This document shows positions 56,065 through 64,000 of a DNA stretch of 64,000 nt, one piece after another. The first letter of the stretch is position 1. Each line of letters begins with the position of its first letter. Source of the DNA: Fimbriimonadales bacterium (GTDB lineage: Bacteria; Armatimonadota; Fimbriimonadia; Fimbriimonadales; ATM1); assembly GCA_051003155.1 (NCBI GenBank), contig JBPCLO010000011.1, forward strand, positions 68,012-132,011, in the 5' to 3' direction. The notes below the pieces were generated by a model. That model had not been told where the DNA came from, ran no database searches, and was given only the letters and a program-made list of their open reading frames with translations. Both the position numbers and the translations under genes were made by a program.

Positions 56065-56994
56065 CTACACCAGGTCTTTTGCAAGCGTGATCATTCCGGG
56101 GAGCCTTTTGTAGCCCAGGCGGTCGTTGATCGCCAGCATCGGGGCGTTGCGGGTGTCGTTGTCTGCTCTCACGGTTTTGTACCCCGCTTCGATGGCCCGC
56201 TTGGCGCTTCGGGCCTTTAGGGCTTTGGCGATGCCGCGGCCTCGGTAGTCCCGGTGGACGGCGGTCAGGGCTTGGAAGAGTTCGGCCTCCACGTCCGACC
56301 GGTAAAGATATGTGAAGCCGATGAGGCCTTCATTGTCCCGGGCGACCTGGCTGATGTCCCAAAGAAAGTCGGGATCGACCACGAAGATTTCCTCGAATTG
56401 CTCGTAGGAGAAGGGAGTCGGCGGCTCGAGGCGCGGGACGTCCTTGCGGAGCAGCTCGAACAGCAGGTGCCAATTGCGGCGGAACTCCGGAGAATCGACT
56501 TCGGCAAACGGTTGAAAGTCGACATCTACGCGATCCAATTTTTCGAGTAGTTCCTTGTCGATCTCATCGAGGTGGAGGATCGACTCGAAGTCGCGCTTTA
56601 CCTCTGCGAAGCCGCGGTTCTGGAAGAATTGGAGGGAGCACGAGTCCTCATCGCTCACCCGGCCCATGATCGAGACCGCTCCCTCTGCACGGATAGTTTC
56701 TAGGACGTGATCGTATAGGCTCTTGCCGAGCCCGGAGCCTCGATGTTCGGGCAGGACCCCGATCTCGGCGTACCATTTGAGCGGATCGTAGGAGCCGATG
56801 TTTCGATAGATCCGCGCGAAACCGACGGGTTCGCCTTCGTTCTCGGCGAGCCATATCGCCATCCGCTGCTGCTCCGGCATGATGGTGAACTCGCGCTCGA
56901 GCTCGCCCAATCCTAGTTGGTGGTTGGGCCATACCGCGGTGAAGATGCGGCAAAAGGCCGGGTTATCGGAGGCATCGGCGAGTCGAATCTTCAT
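56065..56994 (-). CDS. Tandem GNAT acetyltransferase
   Basis: VLPEHRGSGLG and TAVHRDYRGRGIA..N...NAPMLAINDRLGY. Confidence 0.85.
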   Translation of the reverse strand: MKIRLADASDNPAFCRIFTAVWPNHQLGLGELEREFTIMPEQQRMAIWLAENEGEPVGFARIYRNIGSYDPLKWYAEIGVLPEHRGSGLGKSLYDHVLETIRAEGAVSIMGRVSDEDSCSLQFFQNRGFAEVKRDFESILHLDEIDKELLEKLDRVDVDFQPFAEVDSPEFRRNWHLLFELLRKDVPRLEPPTPFSYEQFEEIFVVDPDFLWDISQVARDNEGLIGFTYLYRSDVEAELFQALTAVHRDYRGRGIAKALKARSAKRAIEAGYKTVRADNDTRNAPMLAINDRLGYKRLPGMITLAKDLV

Positions 56995-57019
56995 CGCGGC
57001 GAGGGATTATGCCGGATTG

Positions 57020-57111
57020 CCTCCATCCCCCGCCCCTTCCTTCATTTTATCACGATGCAGTCCGCGGTATTTGGGACTTTGCTCCCGCGGAAAATAGAGG
57101 AAGGGGTTCAG
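57020..57111 (-). repeat. Palindromic intergenic repeat, copy 2
   Basis: CCCCTTCCTTCATTTT...AAAATAGAGGAAGGGG inverted arms; homologous to 14820-14916. Confidence 0.7.
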
Positions 57112-58406
57112 AGCGCGGTTCGGGTAAGAAGGCCGGGCGTTGCCGCCCGGCCCGGTCCCTCTCTCCTTTCGGCGGATTGGAAGATGTCGACGTGGTCGAA
57201 TTTTCTGGCGAAGATCGTGGCGCTGTCCGCGCCCATCCACCGGTCGAGGACCGTGGAGTAGACTTGGCGAAAGTCGACGTGCCACTTGAGGTCTCCTCGC
57301 TCGAGGTCGGCGAGGTCGGGATTGGGGCCAACGATGCCGCCTTTCACCTGTCCACCCACGACGAACATGGGGGCGGCGGCTCCGTGGTCGGTGCCGGAAC
57401 TCGCGTTCTCGGCAACTCGTCGGCCGAACTCGCTGAAGACCAAGATGGTGACTTTGTCTGATTTCCCGATCGACTGCATTTCATCCATAAAGGTCTTGAG
57501 GCCGCTGCTGAAACCTTTGAGGAGAACCTCGTGCTGGGTTGATTGACGGCTGTGGGTATCGAACCCTCCGCCGCTCAGGTACACGACTCTCGTCTTAGGC
57601 GAGGTGGCGATGAGCTGGGCGATCTGCTTGAATCCTTGGCCGAACTGGTCCGAGCCGTAGACGAATTTGGAAGTGTACGTACCGAGCGATTTGTTGAGTT
57701 CGGACATTGCGTCAAGAGCGGATTTCGTGGCCTTTTGGACTGCGGACGTCCCGGTGCCGGCGGGAGCGTCCATGCCTTGTACCTCCCGCAAGAGGCGCTC
57801 GGAATCGGGATCCCCGATGAGGGATTTGACATCTGCGACGCTTGCGAAACACGGAACCGACGCCTGCCTGGCATTGAAGGCAGCCGACTTTGAGCGGCTA
57901 AGCTCGAGCGCAATGACAGGGTTCGAACTGCCTTTCTGCACTTGGTGATCGAGATACTTGCCCAGCCAGCCGTACTGCTCCCGTCTATCGGGATTGGCGG
58001 TTTGCCAGATTTCCATGCTTCGAAAGTGCGACCGATTCGGATTCGGATAGCCGACGTTCTGAACGATCGCGGCCTTTCCGGCTTTGAGAAGTTCTTGCAG
58101 GCCGCTCATCCCTGGATGAAGGCCGAGACGGTCGTTAAGCTTGAGCACGGACGCCTCGGGAATGGCGAGCGTTGGCCTTAAACGGTAGTAATTTGCGTCG
58201 GCCCAAGGGATCAAGGTATTAAGACCGTCGTTTCCGCCGGTGAGTTGGCATACGACCAAAGTGTTGTCGGGGTCGACCTTTCCTCCTGCGGCGAGGCGCA
58301 ACATATCGGCCTTCGCGATTCGTGCGAGCCACGGTGGCGCGGCCATTCCTAGCGCGATGATCGCGCCGCTCTTCAGGAAATCTCTTCTGTTTAGATAGTC
58401 CGACAT
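57108..58406 (-). CDS. DUF1501 family Tat-exported protein
   Basis: NRRDFLK, GGNDGLN, NRSHF, GFDTH, SEFGRR and GTDHG. Confidence 0.88.
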   Translation of the reverse strand: MSDYLNRRDFLKSGAIIALGMAAPPWLARIAKADMLRLAAGGKVDPDNTLVVCQLTGGNDGLNTLIPWADANYYRLRPTLAIPEASVLKLNDRLGLHPGMSGLQELLKAGKAAIVQNVGYPNPNRSHFRSMEIWQTANPDRREQYGWLGKYLDHQVQKGSSNPVIALELSRSKSAAFNARQASVPCFASVADVKSLIGDPDSERLLREVQGMDAPAGTGTSAVQKATKSALDAMSELNKSLGTYTSKFVYGSDQFGQGFKQIAQLIATSPKTRVVYLSGGGFDTHSRQSTQHEVLLKGFSSGLKTFMDEMQSIGKSDKVTILVFSEFGRRVAENASSGTDHGAAAPMFVVGGQVKGGIVGPNPDLADLERGDLKWHVDFRQVYSTVLDRWMGADSATIFARKFDHVDIFQSAERREGPGRAATPGLLTRTAL

Positions 58407-58417
58407 ACTTCACCTTA

Positions 58418-59868
58418 CTAACAAAACTGGAACTCGGGAGCTGCGAACAAGACTCGGTACACGGCTGTCGTTAATGCGGCCGCCCGTCTCGGATCGGCCA
58501 TGGCCCGCGTTCCACCTGCCTGCTTGCATGCTTGGATCAAGGCCGCCCGTCGGTCCCTCGGCACGTCCGCGTTCACAATGTTGAGCAAGCTGTCGACTAC
58601 CTGTTCGGCGTCCGCCTTCGGTTTTCCTGCCAAGAGCGACACGGTGAACGGCCCTTTGTTGACCCGGTCCCCGAAGAGGCTGTCGGCGACCTTGATGCGC
58701 TCGATCATCGTGGCTGAGTTGATCCACGCGCTGCCCCAGTCCCAACCGGCGACGTCGGGCGGGAAGAGCAGCTTCATACCTTGACGCTCCATCCTCTGAT
58801 CGGCGCCGCGAGCTGGTAGCAGCGCGGCTCGCGGGTTTGAGTCGCCTTCGAGAGCCTGCAACGCTGGCTGGCCCAGGCCCAGTTGCCTGCAAATGGCGAG
58901 CGTGAAATCAACCGGATTCTTTATTTGCTTGCGCACGCATTTATCGCTCCAAAACTCGTTCGATTCCACAATGGCGAATAATATTTTCTTGATTTCCATC
59001 CCGCCATCGAATAGACCCTTGCAAGCCGACGAACTATTGCAGGCTCCGGGTTCTCGTAGGCAAACCAGGCCCACAACTTCGACGTGATCAATTCCGCCGT
59101 TTTTTCGTTGCCCGCTAGCATTCCGCAGACATCGTCCCCATCGAAGTTCCCTTCGTTGCCAAGAATCGTTTTGGTTCCTGGGTCATGCAAGTTTTGGCGA
59201 ATGGCGAACGCGAATATCTGCTCTCCCTGCCGAATCTTTTCGTGGAGGTCTTCAGGGGTTGGCCGGTGTCTACGTCCGGCCTTGCCATCGAAGCGATATC
59301 CCCACCCCTGTAAACGCTCGGGCAGCTTCTTGAACGTCCTTCTCGGTGTAGTTTCCGATGCCGAGCGTAAATAGCTCCATAATTTCTCTAGCAAAATTCT
59401 CGTTCGGCCTGCCCTTTACGTTCGTGTCGTTGTCGAGCCAGCGGATCATGGCGGCGTCTTTACTCATGGATTCGAGCAATTTCAGAGAGCTGCCGTTCGC
59501 GTGTCGGCGCAGAGTCTCGTTGTACTGAAACATCATCGGCACCTGATTGACTTTCGATGCGCTTACCGCAAAATGGTCGTGCCAAAAGAGGGTGAGTTTT
59601 TCTTGAAGCGGCCGCTGGATCGCCAAAGGCGAAGGGTCCACCAGCCCATATGAGTAGGCATTCTCAGCACGACTTTTCCATCTCTATTTTTCGCGGAAAA
59701 GGTGGTCGGATCGATGTCGAAACTTTCAGGGACTTTCTCGTAATTGACCAGTCGGTCGATCGTGCCGTCGACACCGAGCTTCGAGTAGAACTCCATCTCG
59801 GCGTAGCTTGCGCCCAATCCGAGCCTACGAAGCACGTGGCCGATCATCTGTTCCTTAGTCAGCGACAT
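58418..59868 (-). pseudogene. DUF1800 family gene split by at least three frameshifts
   Basis: LRRLG.GA, LQEKLTLFWHDHFA, PNENFAREIMELFTLG, HDPGTKTILG and PPDVAGW occur in four successive ORF pieces. Confidence 0.8.
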
Positions 59869-59905
59869 CCTTAGTGACTATACGGATCGGCCCGCCCGAC
59901 GTTCA

Positions 59906-60619
59906 CTATAAACGCGATTTGAAAGTCAGGCGCAGCGTCACGAGATCGCGAAGCATCCGCATCCCATCGCGCAGAAGCCGCACCTTCGAACCTTCCTGGT
60001 GCGACCACCTGATCGGGATTTCGGCAATTTGATAACCGAGCGCCCTGGCGAGCATCAGCGCCTCGAAATCGTAACTGAATCCGTCGAAGCGGCAGCGCGA
60101 GAAGACCTCCTTGGCCGCTTTGTGCTCGAACAGTTTGAAGCCGCATTGAGTGTCCTTGATTCCTCGAATCGAGAGGGCCTGAACCGCCCCGTTGAATGCC
60201 CTGCCCGCCAGCTCGCGCCACCAAGGCTGGCGAACTTCGAGTTTGCTATCCGCAAGCGGACGGCTGCCGATCGCGACCGCGGCCTTTGCTGCAAACAGCT
60301 TTTCCACTTCCTCGATCGGCGCGGCCAGGTCCGCGTCGCACAAGAGGAGCCAGTCGCCTTCGACTTCCATCATGCCCGTCCTCACCGCGTATCCTTTGCC
60401 CCGATTCGGTGAATATTCATGAAGCGCGAACCGCGTATCCGACCCAGCAATCGACCCCGCGATAGCGGGAGTCGTGTCGGTGCTGCCGTCGCTCACGACC
60501 AGAACGGTCCACGAGTATGGCTGCGCGCTCAGATACTCTCGGATGCGTGACAAAGATCGTTCCAAGCGGGGTTCCTCGTTGTAAGCGGGGATTACAACAG
60601 CCAAGTAGGGGCGTGTCAA
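59906..60619 (-). CDS. GT2 polyprenol-phosphate glycosyltransferase (ALG5/DPM1-like)
   Basis: VIPAYNEE, DGSTD, NRGKG.AV, DADL and DTQCGFKLF. Confidence 0.88.
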   Translation of the reverse strand: MTRPYLAVVIPAYNEEPRLERSLSRIREYLSAQPYSWTVLVVSDGSTDTTPAIAGSIAGSDTRFALHEYSPNRGKGYAVRTGMMEVEGDWLLLCDADLAAPIEEVEKLFAAKAAVAIGSRPLADSKLEVRQPWWRELAGRAFNGAVQALSIRGIKDTQCGFKLFEHKAAKEVFSRCRFDGFSYDFEALMLARALGYQIAEIPIRWSHQEGSKVRLLRDGMRMLRDLVTLRLTFKSRL

Positions 60620-60635
60620 TGGGCATTCAGACTAC

Positions 60636-61640
60636 CTAATGAAGGTGAGGCTCGTAGCCTTCGACGAAGAGGCCGGGGAAGCCGCCGGTATGCCAGAAAA
60701 GAGTCTTTCCGGTGAGCTCGCCCTTTTTGGCAAGGTCGACAAGGCCCGCGAACGCCTTTGACGTGTAAACCGGGTCGAGGAAAACACCCTCCGCCCTGGC
60801 CAGCATCGCGATGGCCCCACGGCTTTCCTCGGTCGGCACCTGGTATCCCTTTCCACAATAATCCATCCTAAGGTCGAAATCGGCCGGCCCCATGCGCAAC
60901 TTTGCCAACAGAAGGCCGTCGAGGTCAGATGAAATCGAGCCGAGGACGTCGACGAGCTCGGGTTCGTTATCGGTGCATATGCCGACGACTGTCGTATTCG
61001 CCCCTGCTCGCGCCATTCCGTAGGCCAATCCTGCTTGCGTCGCGCCGCTGCCGCACGCCACGACAATGCGATCGAAGGTTGCATCCTGGATGAGCAATTC
61101 ATGGGCCGCCGATACGAATCCGAGTGCCCCGATCCCCGTGCTGCCACCCCCTGGAATCTCGTACACCTTTCTTCCCTCGGATCGCAGCCGGCCGGCAAGT
61201 GCATGCGATTGAGTTTCGAGTTCGTTCCAGTCGGAATCGGGGAGCTTTTGCACGTCGAGCCCCAACCAACCGTCCAAGACCTGGTTGCCTCGAACGCCGG
61301 CCTCGGAAGGCCAATCCGAAGGCTTCGTCTCCCTGCCCTCGCCGGGGTGTGGCCACTCCATCGCGGCGGCGCGGAAGTCCAAGCCCAGCATGCGACAAGC
61401 TGCGCCTGCCTGGCGGATGAAATTGCTTTGCCAGGAGCCATGCGTGACGATAATATCAGCGCCTTGCCCGATCGCATCCGCCATTAGATATTCGAGCTTG
61501 CGTCCCTTGTTGCCACCACCCGCGAAACCCGTGAGGTCGTCGCGCTTGACCCATAGTTCAGATCCCAGCAACTCCGACGCCCGCTTCATCCTGTGGAGTG
61601 GAGTGGGCGCACAGATGAGATCCAATTTGCGATCCAGCAT
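60636..61640 (-). CDS. D-cysteine desulfhydrase / ACC deaminase family (PLP)
   Basis: VKRDDL, GGNKGRKLEYL, QSN, LDPVYTSKA and WHTGG. Confidence 0.85.
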   Translation of the reverse strand: MLDRKLDLICAPTPLHRMKRASELLGSELWVKRDDLTGFAGGGNKGRKLEYLMADAIGQGADIIVTHGSWQSNFIRQAGAACRMLGLDFRAAAMEWPHPGEGRETKPSDWPSEAGVRGNQVLDGWLGLDVQKLPDSDWNELETQSHALAGRLRSEGRKVYEIPGGGSTGIGALGFVSAAHELLIQDATFDRIVVACGSGATQAGLAYGMARAGANTTVVGICTDNEPELVDVLGSISSDLDGLLLAKLRMGPADFDLRMDYCGKGYQVPTEESRGAIAMLARAEGVFLDPVYTSKAFAGLVDLAKKGELTGKTLFWHTGGFPGLFVEGYEPHLH

Positions 61641-61663
61641 CGCCTTTAGTATGCAATCCGACG

Positions 61664-61699
61664 AAAAAAAGAGCCCGGCGTCGGAGTATGGCCGGGCTC
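61664..61699 (-). terminator. Intrinsic terminator of the glycoside hydrolase gene
   Basis: GAGCCCGGC/GCCGGGCTC stem followed by T7 on the minus strand. Confidence 0.8.
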
Positions 61700-61714
61700 G
61701 ACGAGTGGTCCTGG

Positions 61715-63649
61715 TTAGAACTCTATCACATTGATCGAGTAGCGGTTGATAGTCGTCCGAAGCGTTCGATAAGCGCCGCCGAACACTGGTCCGAACGTTA
61801 CGTAGCTCGTCGAAATGTCTCGCTCATTGAGGTCCTCGTCTACACCGTAACGATGCAGCGTGGCACTGCCAGGCAGCAAGTGGTTGCCCGCGCTGATCCT
61901 AACCGGTATGTCCTTGGTCTTCGCCGCGTTGATGACGAGGAGCCGGATCCGACCCGAAGCGGACTTGCAACCGAACACTTTCAGGTGCATGTTGTTCGTG
62001 GTGACTGGAAACATCTCGTCTCCTGGGCGAGCGAACTTCTTCAGCATTTTCATCGCGTAGAAGGTCGGATACCGATAATTCAAAGGCGGGGAAATATCTG
62101 CTGGAATACCACGGGCCAGGATGCCGTAGTCACTGTAGTCTCTCCAGCCGTACAGGCTCGGATGGTCGTTGCCATTGGTCAATGCCTGGTTGTGTAGCTT
62201 CCACCAAATCCACGATTCGAGATTTCGCGACGCCATCTGACCCCAAGAATACATCAGATACATAGCATTGGTGAGGCTGATATTCTGTGGCCCAGGCCGG
62301 CCCCATGTGCTGTTGGACTCCGTCAGATTGATCGGCATATTCTCGCCCGCTTCGCCGAGATAGTCGGTCAGCATCCGCTTCATGGGGTTTACCCAGAAGT
62401 CGACTCGGTCCATGTTCTGGAAGAGGATAGAGTCGCTCTCCTTGCCAGGCGCAACCGTGTACAGATGCATCTCGAAGAAGTCCGGGAGAACGCCCGCCTC
62501 GCGCATGCGAGTTAGCAACACTGCGCTCCAACCGTTTGCCGGCACGCCCGTAACCGGGTTGATAACCGTAATTCGCTGCGGCCAACTTTGCTCCCCGTAC
62601 GTTCCGACGACGCCGATTTTCACCCGTGGATCGACAGCTTTCATCAGTAGTATTGCCTGCACACAGAAAGCAGCGTAGGTTTCGGCATCATGGTCGAAAG
62701 GCGGCGGCCGGGTGTCGTACTCCCCAGGGTGGTAGCATTCGTTGCCGATCGACCAGTATATGACGTCGCCGCCCATCTCGATATTGGCGTAATTCACCCA
62801 GGCGGCTGCCTCTGCCGGCGTTCCCGAGCCGTAATTGGCTGCGATCATCTTGTCGGACCCGATGGCCTCGGCCAGCTGCAGGTATTTTTCGGTCGTCAGG
62901 CGACAATACGAGCCCGTCTGATTGTTGGTGCTCGTCTCCCAGTTGTAAAGGTCGGCGTTGGTGCCACCTGGGAAGATCATAAACTGAATCCCCGCCTCCA
63001 TCATCCTGGACCGGCTTTCGGTCAGCTCCAAAGTGTTATCTTGACAGTGGACTCCCACTCCGAACATTCGCTTGTGAAGCGTTCGGAACGGTGCGTTCGG
63101 CTCAAGGCCGATCGTGGTTGTCGTCAAGGGAGGATCGCGCTTGACTAACTTCATGTCGTCTAGCCAAAAGATGGGCAAGTTCTGCGGAACATCGAAGTAG
63201 AGATAGTGAACCACTTCACCTTCGACGACACTTAGAGCAGACAGAGGCACGACCACTTTGGTCCATACGCCCGGGGGGATGGGGCCTGTTATGTCGCCGA
63301 GCCGAACGCTCGGGCGCGGCGCCTCAAAGAAAACGCGGGCCTTGAGCCTCATGTTCTCGAGGCCGGTTCCAGCGGGCCGGACCCAGAATTCCCAATGGAT
63401 AATATCGTTGGTCCATTCGCCGTACCAAGTATGGGTAATCGTCGCCTGATTGCCCGCGTTCAGGGTGTATTTGATTGACTTGCTATAGGTATGGGCATAT
63501 TCCGTATTCTCCTTATCGATGGGTCCGGTAGATGACATGTCCCATAAACCTATGGGGTAATCGACGTACATCTCGAAATCTGCTGTGTCCTCGGCATGGA
63601 TCGCGCCGAATGTGCAGGTGCTCGCTATGAGTAGAGCTAGAGTTCGCAA
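61715..63649 (-). CDS. Secreted clan GH-A glycoside hydrolase (GH51/GH44/GH79-like) with N-terminal CBM-like domain
   Basis: TTG 63649 after AAGGAG; signal peptide; FPGG..AD.Y.W, YWSIGNE and LTESN. Confidence 0.7.
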   Translation of the reverse strand: MRTLALLIASTCTFGAIHAEDTADFEMYVDYPIGLWDMSSTGPIDKENTEYAHTYSKSIKYTLNAGNQATITHTWYGEWTNDIIHWEFWVRPAGTGLENMRLKARVFFEAPRPSVRLGDITGPIPPGVWTKVVVPLSALSVVEGEVVHYLYFDVPQNLPIFWLDDMKLVKRDPPLTTTTIGLEPNAPFRTLHKRMFGVGVHCQDNTLELTESRSRMMEAGIQFMIFPGGTNADLYNWETSTNNQTGSYCRLTTEKYLQLAEAIGSDKMIAANYGSGTPAEAAAWVNYANIEMGGDVIYWSIGNECYHPGEYDTRPPPFDHDAETYAAFCVQAILLMKAVDPRVKIGVVGTYGEQSWPQRITVINPVTGVPANGWSAVLLTRMREAGVLPDFFEMHLYTVAPGKESDSILFQNMDRVDFWVNPMKRMLTDYLGEAGENMPINLTESNSTWGRPGPQNISLTNAMYLMYSWGQMASRNLESWIWWKLHNQALTNGNDHPSLYGWRDYSDYGILARGIPADISPPLNYRYPTFYAMKMLKKFARPGDEMFPVTTNNMHLKVFGCKSASGRIRLLVINAAKTKDIPVRISAGNHLLPGSATLHRYGVDEDLNERDISTSYVTFGPVFGGAYRTLRTTINRYSINVIEF

Positions 63650-64000
63650 TGACAGCTCCTTTGCTAAGATCGTGATCGTGGCGCCGGGGATATCGAACGC
63701 TCCGCGAGCGGTTTCGATCTGCATCCCGGTAAGCCATCGTGAGCTTCAGCGCAAGTTCCGTTCAGTGCGGACTCTCGGTATGCGGATGGGCCAGTAGCTC
63801 TGGCCGGTTCGCAGACGGTTGTATCCGCAGAAGTAGCAAGAAATTCGTCCGAATCGGCTATGCCGAATGTAGACAAGTACAATTATACAGGCATAGCAGG
63901 CAACTTTCGCAGTTTTTTGCGAAAAACTTTCCAAAGACCGAAAAAATCACCCCATCGGGCGACGGTGGGCAATAGTGTGAGCCTGACCCTCCTTCTAGGG

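Noticed and set aside
1..64000. CRISPR array, rRNA, prophage or defence island
   Set aside because: No regularly spaced direct repeats, and no rRNA, phage or cas/defence signatures recognised

Overview
Bacterial chromosomal window, GC-rich and densely coding. It is most likely Armatimonadota (Fimbriimonadia-like); this is inferred from the [27 protein letters not shown] pilin-like proteins and the gene content. It starts at a probable replication-origin region: comEC-like (partial), dciA and recF, then a DnaA-box cluster, then a degenerate DnaA paralogue. Housekeeping genes include iscS-like, purK, purE, metB-like, mscL, gap, prpD, nnr, holB, gltX, gatB, hmgA and tRNA-Ala(UGC). Accessory content includes an orphan ARC/Mpa-type proteasomal ATPase, a long minus-strand run linking an ECF sigma/anti-sigma/RseB/HtrA module to a membrane FHA-FHA-vWA module, and a ~13 kb exported sugar-oxidation (3-ketoglycoside-type) locus containing two pilin-like H-X9-DG proteins. 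It also has a ClpC-N-domain/isochorismatase fusion and DUF1800/DUF1501. Read directly from the DNA and missing from, or mis-started in, the ORF track: pervasive leaderless-type -10 boxes, a three-copy palindromic intergenic repeat, a CTG-initiated pilin-like gene, head-to-head overlapping signal peptides, a HicB-like gene, a 16-aa SD-led sORF, an IS3-type relic and several decayed genes. No CRISPR array, rRNA or intact mobile element was seen. All family calls come from motif recognition by eye, not from database searches.
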